DNA of 51,115 nucleotides from NCBI GenBank assembly GCA_964577355.1, contig CAZNYV010000003.1:1-51115 (forward strand), read 5' to 3'. This DNA is from an uncultured Campylobacteraceae bacterium (GTDB lineage Bacteria; Campylobacterota; Campylobacteria; Campylobacterales; UBA6016). The translations under genes were made by a program, and so were the position numbers. This document shows positions 28,640 to 36,651 of the stretch, one piece after another. Position 1 is the stretch's first letter; each line of letters begins with the position of its first letter. Under the pieces are notes generated by a model. That model did not search any database, had not been told where the DNA came from, and saw nothing but the letters and a program-made list of their open reading frames with translations.

Positions 28640-29893
28640 TTAGAAGCTGTAGTTCATTATTACTTTGAAGAAAGTTTGGTCGGCTTTAGGTGCAGCTGAG
28701 CCAGCATCTACTTTTTCGTAAGCTATTTTTGCTGCAAGGTTTTTGATAAGCGCACCATCACAAGTCAAAGCAACATCGATGATGTTTGTGTCCGTGTTAG
28801 CAAGTGCATAGTCATATTTGCCATATGCAACTGAAAGTGTTCTGTTGCCAAGTCCTAGTTTTTCTAGTGAATAGTCAGCACCAACTTTTAGCATTTTAAG
28901 GTCGCTTTGAGTTGCAGCACCTGGAAGTGTATTTGTTGTCCATTCTTCCATTGCTGCGAATTCAGGGTAGCCGCCCCAGTCACCATTAACATGCGTTGTT
29001 GCTTTACCTATTGAATTGTAAGCAATATACGGAGTTAAACCTATTGACTCAATTGGATACGCTACTTTTACACCGTAAACATTATAATTTGCATCAGCTG
29101 GAGCACTAGCAACCTTGCCTGTATCATCTATTTTGTAGTATTGTCCAGATATATTTAGTCCAGCAATTGCATAGTCAGCTTGTAGGTAATAAGCATTTAA
29201 CACCTCTGTAGCTCTATAGTACCATGCTTGTGCAGTCAAATCTTTTATAGATTTATTAACAACTGCAGCAACATAAACACCTTGAGAACCTGTGCCATTT
29301 ACACTTGATACCCCAGCCGCATCTGACATACTTTTAAATTTGCTATATGAGCCAGATAGTGAATCAAGTCCAGCCATTCTAGCTACATAACCAGCGATAA
29401 GTGTTGTATCTGCCACATCTGTATTGATAACAAGAGCTGCATCAAATAGGTTTGGAATCATTCTGATGTCATCAGAACCAGCTAGTGGAGTGTCTATTTG
29501 TTGTCTACCAACCTTGACAGTTGTTTTTGCAAATTGACCAACAAGATAAGCTTCTCCAAGAGTGCTATAACCTTTTCCATTGCCATCATACATATTAGCA
29601 ACAGTTTTTGCAGTATCTTCACCAGTTAGAGCATTTGTTGTATAGAACGAAACACCAGCACTGATACCATAAAGTGGAGCAGTTTCAAATTTTAGTTTGC
29701 CACCGATAGCGCCAGTTGAGCCATCTACTGAACCAGCTGCTTCTGCGCTTTTTGTGAAGTTGTCATTGATATACATCGCTCTGATTTGACCAGAAACTTT
29801 GCCTTCTTTGAATGCACCTGCAAGATCACTAGCCGCGAAGCTAGATACTGCCAAAGCTGAGATAGCCGCTAGGCTTAGAATTGATTTTTTCAT
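28640..29893 (-). CDS. outer-membrane beta-barrel porin (OprD-like)
   Basis: A signal peptide starts at MKKSILSLAAISALAVSSFA, with AGGAG 5 nt upstream. The body has alternating beta-strand character and a C-terminal aromatic residue (..VIMNYSF). The track start is at 29923. Confidence 0.65.
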   Translation of the reverse strand: MKKSILSLAAISALAVSSFAASDLAGAFKEGKVSGQIRAMYINDNFTKSAEAAGSVDGSTGAIGGKLKFETAPLYGISAGVSFYTTNALTGEDTAKTVANMYDGNGKGYSTLGEAYLVGQFAKTTVKVGRQQIDTPLAGSDDIRMIPNLFDAALVINTDVADTTLIAGYVARMAGLDSLSGSYSKFKSMSDAAGVSSVNGTGSQGVYVAAVVNKSIKDLTAQAWYYRATEVLNAYYLQADYAIAGLNISGQYYKIDDTGKVASAPADANYNVYGVKVAYPIESIGLTPYIAYNSIGKATTHVNGDWGGYPEFAAMEEWTTNTLPGAATQSDLKMLKVGADYSLEKLGLGNRTLSVAYGKYDYALANTDTNIIDVALTCDGALIKNLAAKIAYEKVDAGSAAPKADQTFFKVIMNYSF

Positions 29894-29932
29894 AAATTCT
29901 CCTGTTTTGAATTTCGACTGCAATTATAAACT

Positions 29933-29995
29933 ACAAAATTGTCAATGTTTGTAAGTTTATTGCCTAAATTTTAGGCAATTTCACAAAATTGACAG
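29933..29995. repeat. two copies of ACAAAATTGnCA spaced exactly 50 nt apart, flanking the palindrome
   Basis: The copies are ACAAAATTGTCA at 29933..29944 and ACAAAATTGACA at 29983..29994. Confidence 0.6.
29959..29979. promoter_or_regulatory. perfect 10-1-10 palindrome (candidate operator) in the divergent porin/regulator intergenic region
   Basis: The sequence is ATTGCCTAAA-T-TTTAGGCAAT. It lies between the porin -10 (TATAAT on the minus strand, 29928..29923) and two TATAAT boxes for the plus-strand regulator gene (29996..30001 and 30018..30023). Confidence 0.5.
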
Positions 29996-30064
29996 TATAA
30001 TAAAAGCGTCTGACCTGTATAATACCCGAATAAGCGTCAATAAAATATAAAAATTTGGAGCGCA

Positions 30065-30817
30065 ATGTTGAATAACAACGATTTTATAGCTGTTTCACCA
30101 CAGATGATGGAAGTCAAAAAAGTGGTAAATCTTGTTAAAGGTATCAAGGTAAATAGCATTATTATAGGTGATTGTGGCACGGGCAAGAGCAAGGTGGCAG
30201 GTACTATTTTGCCAAACGCTATAATAGTAAATGGTGAAAACCCAGAAGATGTCTCAAAAGGGCTCAAAAACTTCAATGAAGTCATCATAGAAAACTTTGA
30301 CAAAATCCGTAACTACGATGCTATCAACTTGCAAAATCAAAAAATAGTAGCAACAGCCACCAAAAAACCAAAAGAGAGTGTGATAGATAAATTTTTTGGT
30401 ATCGTCATAGAAATAGAGCCTCTGAGCAGCAGGAAAGATGATATACCAGTACTTTCGGAAGCGTTTTTGGCTGAAGCAAAGACATCTTTGAAGATAGAGC
30501 ATGATATTGACATGTCAGGTATGAGCTTTGATATTAGTGAGAACTGCCACTCGCTAAAGAGAAATGTCTACAAAAAACTCCTCGCCCAAACACTCAATGA
30601 AACAGCACTTACCGCCACTATGAGCGATTTTTTTTATGATGGAATCGAAGTGGAAGATAATTATGCACATTTTTTGAACATATTTGATACGGCGATAATC
30701 AATGCTAACCATAAAAAATACAAAAGTCAGCTGATGATGTCCTACAAGATGGGCATCAATAGAAATACACTGCGAAAAAAAATAAACGAACTAGGACTAA
30801 AACTAGATGAAAAATGA
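30065..30817 (+). CDS. truncated sigma54-activator-like (AAA+ remnant) regulator with Fis-type HTH; no receiver domain and no GAFTGA loop
   Basis: 250 aa. EBP landmarks occur in order: FIAVSPQMMEV, Walker A GDCGTGKS, IVATAT (sensor I position), IEIEPLSSRKDDIPVLSEAFL, and the C-terminal HTH MSYKMGINRNTLRKKINELGL. The 60-70 aa that normally carry ESELFGHEKGAFTGA are missing. Confidence 0.6.
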   Translation: MLNNNDFIAVSPQMMEVKKVVNLVKGIKVNSIIIGDCGTGKSKVAGTILPNAIIVNGENPEDVSKGLKNFNEVIIENFDKIRNYDAINLQNQKIVATATKKPKESVIDKFFGIVIEIEPLSSRKDDIPVLSEAFLAEAKTSLKIEHDIDMSGMSFDISENCHSLKRNVYKKLLAQTLNETALTATMSDFFYDGIEVEDNYAHFLNIFDTAIINANHKKYKSQLMMSYKMGINRNTLRKKINELGLKLDEK

Positions 30818-31514
30818 AGATTTGAAAACTAATTGGCAAAACTGGCTAGAGTATGACTACAACCCGTTCTTGTTGTTTGGCTCTAGCGGCGAGATACTAA
30901 CCATCAATCAGCCTGCCCAATTTCTAATCAGCAAGGTTGACCAACGAGCACTGTACGAGCTGGCTCTGAGCTATGCTAGTTTGGATTTTGGATACAAGAC
31001 AACGATAATCGACTTGAAATATGATGTTTTCAATTTTTTTGCTATCACTGTTGGATATGAAAACGAAGACGAGATAGGTATCAAACTCTATCAGACACCA
31101 TATAGCGCGCCAAAAAAAATCATCTCTCTCAAGGAGTACGAGGTTACAAACATCTATCACCTCATAGATGCTTCTATTGCTACTGTGGCATCAAAGCTTG
31201 GTGCAAAATTTAAAAAAGAGATTGACCCTACACTTCCAGACATCAAGCTCTCTCAAAATGAGTTTGTCAAAATTGTTACCAGAGTCTATGAAGGATTTGA
31301 GGGAAATGAGCTTATTTCGACTTCGCTACTACTCAAAACTGGTGAATTTCTCAGAGTTGGAGACAAAAAGCTACCGATAATCCAGCTCAAAATCAGCGGA
31401 GAAAAGAGAAATCAATCAAGGGATGCGAGAATAGAAGAGCTGTGTCAAAATGCAAATATTTTTCCAAACTTTGAGGCAAAAACTGTCTCTTTGCAGATAC
31501 CGATGGCGACATGA
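30807..31514 (+). CDS. hypothetical protein with a PAS-like N-terminus and a possible degenerate kinase-like C-terminus
   Basis: 235 aa, overlapping the upstream regulator gene by 11 nt. The N-terminus NPFLLFGSSGEILTINQPAQFL looks PAS-like by eye. No H-box or N/G boxes are recognisable. Confidence 0.35.
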   Translation: MKNEDLKTNWQNWLEYDYNPFLLFGSSGEILTINQPAQFLISKVDQRALYELALSYASLDFGYKTTIIDLKYDVFNFFAITVGYENEDEIGIKLYQTPYSAPKKIISLKEYEVTNIYHLIDASIATVASKLGAKFKKEIDPTLPDIKLSQNEFVKIVTRVYEGFEGNELISTSLLLKTGEFLRVGDKKLPIIQLKISGEKRNQSRDARIEELCQNANIFPNFEAKTVSLQIPMAT

Positions 31515-31611
31515 TGGTATTGCCTTGAGAATATAAAAAGTGCTGTTGCTAGCTATCTCTTAAGTCGATTAAAAATAGAATCACAGATTAGAAAATATAT
31601 AGGATGAGTTT

Positions 31612-33429
31612 ATGTGCGGAATCGTAGGCTACTTGGGTCAAAAAGAGTGCAAAAAAATATTATTGGATGGGCTAGGAGAGCTTGAATATAGAGGTTACGA
31701 TTCCGCTGGTGTTGCCATTATGCAAGACGGTAGTGTTTCGCTTTTCAAGGCTGTTGGAAAACTAGCCAACCTGACAAAAGATGCTGAGGCGTTTGGCTCA
31801 TCCGGATTTGCTATCGGAATAGGTCATACTAGATGGGCGACACATGGCAAGCCAACACAAACAAACGCGCATCCTCACTCTGGTGAATCTACCTTTGTTG
31901 TCCATAACGGCATCATAGAAAACTATGCAGAGTTAAAAGAAGAATTGATAAGCGAAGGTGTGCAATTCGCAAGTCAAACAGATACTGAAGTAATTGTCCA
32001 TCTATATGAGAAAAACCTCAAAAAAGCTCTCTCACCGCTGGAAGCGCTACAAAAAACATACTCGGAGCTTGAGGGTGCTTTTGCTGTTTTGCTTATCACA
32101 AAGAGTGAAAAAGAGAAGCTATTTTTTATGAAAAAAAGCTCGCCACCGATGCTCATTGGTCTCTCTGCGCAAAAAGACGAGAAATATTTTGCTTCATCTG
32201 AAGCGGCACTTATCGGGCAAGTGAGCGAAGTTATCTACCTCAAAGATGCTCAGTATGGATTTGTAACTGCTGACTCTATTAATATATATGAAAACGGAGT
32301 GCTTATCCAGCCAGATATAAAAAAACTAGAAGGTTCCAAGCAGTCAGCCCAAAAAGAGGGCTTCAAATACTTTATGGAAAAAGAGATTTATGAGCAAGCT
32401 ACTGTTGCGCTTGATACGATGATGGGCAGGGTGAGCTCCAGCGATGTTTCTCTTAGTGAAGTGGCTAGCCTTGATTTTAACTCATTTGATGAAATCAAAA
32501 TATGCGCTTGTGGTACAAGCTATCACGCCGCCCTCGCCGCAAGTTATCTTTTCGAAAGGGTCGCAAAAATCCGCTCAAGCGTGGAAGTGGCTAGCGAATT
32601 TAGATATAAGGAGCCATTTTTATCCAAAAACACGCTGTTTGTTGTCATCTCTCAAAGCGGAGAGACAGCTGACACACTAGAAGCACTCAAAATGGCAAAA
32701 AGTGCAGGGTTAAAAACACTCGCAATCTGTAATGTTGACAATAGCTCGATAGTTAGAGAGGCGGACGCTACTATACTTACCCGTGCTGGAATAGAAAAAG
32801 GTGTGGCGAGTACAAAGGCGTTTGTGACGCAAATGCTTTCTCTTTGGATACTGGCTCTCGAAGTTGCCAAAAAGCTAGGCAATATTACAGGCGAGAAGCT
32901 AAGAGCGGAAGTGGCTGCTATACACAAGGTCAAAACTGCTCTTGGTGTATCCACAAAGCTTCATGAAAAGTTGAGACGACTCAGCAAAAGATATCTGCAT
33001 GGGCATGGTTTCTTTTTTATCGGTAGAGATATTTTCTATCCGCTCGCACTCGAAGGGGCGCTCAAGCTCAAAGAGATTACATATTTGCACGCAGAGGGCT
33101 ATCCGTCTGGTGAAATGAAGCACGGTCCGATTGCATTGGCTGATAGCGAGCTTTTTACTATTGCTCTGTTGCCAAAATCAATGCTATATGATAAGAGCAA
33201 GTCAAATATAGAAGAGTTGTCAGCGAGAGATTCTACGATTGTGGCTATTTCTCCTTTACCTTTGGAAATAGCTGACGATTTTGTACAAACTACCGAGTGG
33301 GAGCATCCGATGCTGGAATTTTTTGAGATGTCTGTTGTAGTGCAAATATTGGCACTTGAAGTGGCGGTTAGACTAGGAAATGATGTTGATATGCCTAGAA
33401 ACTTGGCAAAAAGTGTAACGGTAGAATAA
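31612..33429 (+). CDS. glmS: glutamine--fructose-6-phosphate aminotransferase
   Basis: 605 aa with the MCGIVGY N-terminal nucleophile, two SIS domains and the C-terminal NLAKSVTVE. Confidence 0.97.
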   Translation: MCGIVGYLGQKECKKILLDGLGELEYRGYDSAGVAIMQDGSVSLFKAVGKLANLTKDAEAFGSSGFAIGIGHTRWATHGKPTQTNAHPHSGESTFVVHNGIIENYAELKEELISEGVQFASQTDTEVIVHLYEKNLKKALSPLEALQKTYSELEGAFAVLLITKSEKEKLFFMKKSSPPMLIGLSAQKDEKYFASSEAALIGQVSEVIYLKDAQYGFVTADSINIYENGVLIQPDIKKLEGSKQSAQKEGFKYFMEKEIYEQATVALDTMMGRVSSSDVSLSEVASLDFNSFDEIKICACGTSYHAALAASYLFERVAKIRSSVEVASEFRYKEPFLSKNTLFVVISQSGETADTLEALKMAKSAGLKTLAICNVDNSSIVREADATILTRAGIEKGVASTKAFVTQMLSLWILALEVAKKLGNITGEKLRAEVAAIHKVKTALGVSTKLHEKLRRLSKRYLHGHGFFFIGRDIFYPLALEGALKLKEITYLHAEGYPSGEMKHGPIALADSELFTIALLPKSMLYDKSKSNIEELSARDSTIVAISPLPLEIADDFVQTTEWEHPMLEFFEMSVVVQILALEVAVRLGNDVDMPRNLAKSVTVE

Positions 33430-33441
33430 ATGGGAGCAAGT

Positions 33442-35292
33442 ATGAATATTAAAAACAAAATAGCACTTAGGGTGTCGTTGGCACTTATAGTTTCGACAGT
33501 CGTTATTATAGGAATCGTGGCGGTAAATATTAGGCTTCTAAATATTCAACTAACAAAAGACAAAGCTATGATTGTAGCTGAGATAACAAAAGATGCTCTA
33601 ACATCGCATATGGTTAATGGTGTGATGGACAAGAGGGATTTATTTTTGTCCAATATGGCACATCTGAAAAATGTTCAAAACCTAAGAGTGATTCGCTCTG
33701 AGGCTGTTCAAAAGCAGTTTGGCAAAACCAGAGAAAATGAAAATGCGGTCGATGAGATAGATATGCAGGTTCTAAAAACTGGCAAAGCGGTGGAGAGTGT
33801 TTCTGAAGACTTTATGAGTGCAAACCTAAGAATAACAGTTCCATATACTGCAAATACAAGCGGAAACCCGAACTGTCTACAATGTCATGATGCAAAAGAG
33901 GGCGAAGTACTCGGCGCAATAACTATGAATTTTGACCTTGCAGAAGCAAAAGATTATGGCATCGGTACGATTTTGAAAATTATATTTGTTTCTATATTCT
34001 CACTACTTGGCGTTATGTATATGCTAAGAGGATTCCTTACTCCATATCTAGACCTTTTTGTTCAGCTTACTGAGAAGATAAAACTGGCAAATAGTGGCGA
34101 TTTCTCTCAGCGAATAGATACAACGCTTCGAGGAGAAGCTGGAATGGTGGCTAAACGATTCAATGACTTTATGCAAAAACTACAAGATACATTTGGCAAG
34201 ATAGAGCACAATATTCGTACATTCCTACCTCAGCAAAATATCAAAAATCAAGACCCTATCGAAGAGTTGGAGAGTGTCGTAAACGGTCTTTCTGATATTT
34301 ATAAATTCAAAAGAACGATAGAGAATGATATTAGCAAGGGAGAAGTTTACAATAGAATTTCATCACTTCTTACACAAAAATTCGGCATAAAAGATTTCTT
34401 ATTCTTTGAGGTTGATAATGACAAAAATAGCTTTGATACGGTGTTAAATAGTACGGTATTTAAATGCTGTACTACTGCGGTTGATAAAAATAGTTCACAT
34501 TGTAGAGCAAACAGGGTCGGGCAACCAGTACTATCGGACGATTTCCCACAAATTTGTCCAAATTTTATGGCTGAGACAGAGAATCATATTTGTATGCCTG
34601 TCAATATTGGCGGTAAAATAGGGCTGGTCATCAATATAATGGCGAACAGTAAAGAGGATTTTGCCAGAATCAAAGAGTTGGCTCCGATGATTGAAAATTA
34701 TCTAAATGAAGCATCATCTGTAATTGAGTCCAAAAAACTAACAGAAAAATTACGAGAGACATCGCTGAGAGATGCTCTGACTGGACTTTATAATAGAAGG
34801 TTCCTTGAAGAATATTTGGCAACTCATATCCCTCAGATACAGAGAAATAAAAAATCTATTGCTATCTTGATGATAGATATGGATCACTTCAAAATGGTAA
34901 ATGATACATATGGACATGATGTAGGCGATACAATTCTCAAACGCCTATCGGCTACGCTACAAGAAAATGTCAGAGAGAGCGACATTGTATTTAGGTATGG
35001 TGGCGAAGAGTTTGTTATTGTATTGAATGATATATCTGGTATCGATGATGCAATAATGATTGCGGAAAAAATAAGAGAAAAAACAAAAGCAATGAGACTA
35101 AAAGCTGGCAGTGAAATACTCCAAAAAACTATCAGTATTGGTGTTGCAATCTTCCCAGACGATGCAGACCAAATATGGAAATGTATCAAATTTGCGGATA
35201 CTGCATTGTATCAAGCCAAAAACAGTGGTAGAGATAAGGTTGTGAAATTTACGCCTGAATTGTGGGCTGGGGATGAAGGGGAAGGCTACTAG
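33442..35292 (+). CDS. membrane sensor diguanylate cyclase: periplasmic c-type haem (DUF3365-like) domain, HAMP, Cys-rich GAF-like domain, GGDEF
   Basis: It has TM1, then a periplasmic segment with CLQCH (33874..33888), then TM2, HAMP and a Cys-rich middle domain. The catalytic end reads RESD-x5-GGEEF (GGEEF at 34999..35013). GGGAG lies 4 nt before the ATG at 33442. The alternative ATG at 33430 abuts the glmS stop. Confidence 0.8.
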   Translation: MNIKNKIALRVSLALIVSTVVIIGIVAVNIRLLNIQLTKDKAMIVAEITKDALTSHMVNGVMDKRDLFLSNMAHLKNVQNLRVIRSEAVQKQFGKTRENENAVDEIDMQVLKTGKAVESVSEDFMSANLRITVPYTANTSGNPNCLQCHDAKEGEVLGAITMNFDLAEAKDYGIGTILKIIFVSIFSLLGVMYMLRGFLTPYLDLFVQLTEKIKLANSGDFSQRIDTTLRGEAGMVAKRFNDFMQKLQDTFGKIEHNIRTFLPQQNIKNQDPIEELESVVNGLSDIYKFKRTIENDISKGEVYNRISSLLTQKFGIKDFLFFEVDNDKNSFDTVLNSTVFKCCTTAVDKNSSHCRANRVGQPVLSDDFPQICPNFMAETENHICMPVNIGGKIGLVINIMANSKEDFARIKELAPMIENYLNEASSVIESKKLTEKLRETSLRDALTGLYNRRFLEEYLATHIPQIQRNKKSIAILMIDMDHFKMVNDTYGHDVGDTILKRLSATLQENVRESDIVFRYGGEEFVIVLNDISGIDDAIMIAEKIREKTKAMRLKAGSEILQKTISIGVAIFPDDADQIWKCIKFADTALYQAKNSGRDKVVKFTPELWAGDEGEGY

Positions 35293-35319
35293 GCCTTCCT
35301 TTATGTGGTAGCTCTTTTA

Positions 35320-36498
35320 TTAGTGAGAGCAGCCACATCCTCCTTTGTCGCCATGTGAGTGTGAGTGACTTTCGGTAGCTGCGCCTGATGAGCATGCGCT
35401 TGTTTTGCCATCAAGTCCAATTGTTGGTTGTATTGCTTCGTTCGAAGCGCCACCTTCTTCGTTTGTTTTGACGATAAAATCCCACAGCTTCTCGCCAGCC
35501 TTCATAAATCTTTTTGCACTCTCGCTTGTTGGTGCAAAATATGTAATAGGTTTGCCACTATCACCGCCTTCACGGGTTGCCATTTCAAGAGGAATCTCGG
35601 CTATTACTGAACAGTCAAATTGACTAGCCAACTCATATCCAGCACCTTTGCCAAATATGTCATACTCTTTTCCGCTCTCTGGGCATATAAATCCGCTCAT
35701 ATTTTCTACAACACCTGCTACTGGAATATGTAGTTTGTTGAACATATCAAGACTTCTGCCAGCATCATCAATAGCTACTTTTTGAGGTGTTGTTACTGCT
35801 ATCCCACATGTCACAGGCACGCTTTGAGCTAGAGTTAGCTGAGCATCACCAGTACCTGGAGGCATATCAATAAACAGAACATCAAGCTCACCCCATGCGA
35901 TGTCTCTTAGGAGTTGTTCGATTACCTTCATAATCATAGCTCCTCTCCAGATAAGTGCTTGACCATCTTCTAGTAGCAGCCCCATACTCATAACATCCAC
36001 ACCGAGTGCTTTCATCGGAAGGACTCTATTGTCGACCACTTCTGGTTTTGCGCCTTCTACTCCGAACATCCGTGGAATATTTGGACCATATATATCAGCA
36101 TCCAGTACACCAACCCTCTTGCCTTGCATTGCTAGGGCTATCGCCAGATTGACGGTTGTAGTTGATTTGCCTACGCCGCCCTTTCCAGAGCTTACCATTA
36201 CGAAGTTTTTGATTTGCGGAGCTATATTTTTACCTTTTGATGAAGTCTCTTTTGGTGCTTTTGGCTGACTGATATTTATCTCTGTTTCGAATACATTTAT
36301 CATTCGTAGCTTGGTATTTATATCGCTTCTGAGAAGCTCTGCTATCTCTGCTGAGCTAGCTGTGATGTCAAGGTCTATGATGACTTTTGAGCCTTCGATT
36401 TTGACCTCTCTGACAAAGCCAAAACTAACAATATCTTTTGTGAAACCAGGATATGCAACTGTTGACAGCTGAGCACTTATTTCTGCTGAGGTTATCAT
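35320..36498 (-). CDS. apbC: Mrp/ApbC/NBP35-family Fe-S cluster carrier ATPase with a His/Cys-rich C-terminal tail
   Basis: It has a deviant Walker A (SGKGGVGKST), CPESG and an N-terminal DUF59-like domain. The tail reads ESHSHSHGDKGGCGCSH. A TATAAT (36535..36530, minus strand) and AAGGAAG lie inside the longer track ORF (to 36585), which favours the ATG at 36498. Confidence 0.85.
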   Translation of the reverse strand: MITSAEISAQLSTVAYPGFTKDIVSFGFVREVKIEGSKVIIDLDITASSAEIAELLRSDINTKLRMINVFETEINISQPKAPKETSSKGKNIAPQIKNFVMVSSGKGGVGKSTTTVNLAIALAMQGKRVGVLDADIYGPNIPRMFGVEGAKPEVVDNRVLPMKALGVDVMSMGLLLEDGQALIWRGAMIMKVIEQLLRDIAWGELDVLFIDMPPGTGDAQLTLAQSVPVTCGIAVTTPQKVAIDDAGRSLDMFNKLHIPVAGVVENMSGFICPESGKEYDIFGKGAGYELASQFDCSVIAEIPLEMATREGGDSGKPITYFAPTSESAKRFMKAGEKLWDFIVKTNEEGGASNEAIQPTIGLDGKTSACSSGAATESHSHSHGDKGGCGCSH

Positions 36499-36651
36499 TA
36501 TGATTATCTTCCTTTTTTGAATTTTGCGGATTATAGTAGTGGCTTGCTTTAAATCAGATAAATTTTGTCCGTTTTGGATTTGCATTACAATTTATGGTGT
36601 GTATAACACCCAATTGGTTAAAATTGCTAAAAATAATTTTTTAAGTGATAA

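Noticed and set aside
31515-31611. A possible glmS ribozyme or riboswitch in the glmS leader.
   Set aside because: The leader is only 97 nt, AT-rich and without the conserved pseudoknotted core. The ribozyme is a feature mainly of Gram-positive bacteria.
36499-36585. A 29-codon N-terminal extension of the mrp/apbC ORF (MQIQNGQNLSDLK...).
   Set aside because: A TATAAT box and an AAGGAAG SD for the internal ATG at 36498 lie inside this extension. The conserved protein begins at MITSAEIS.
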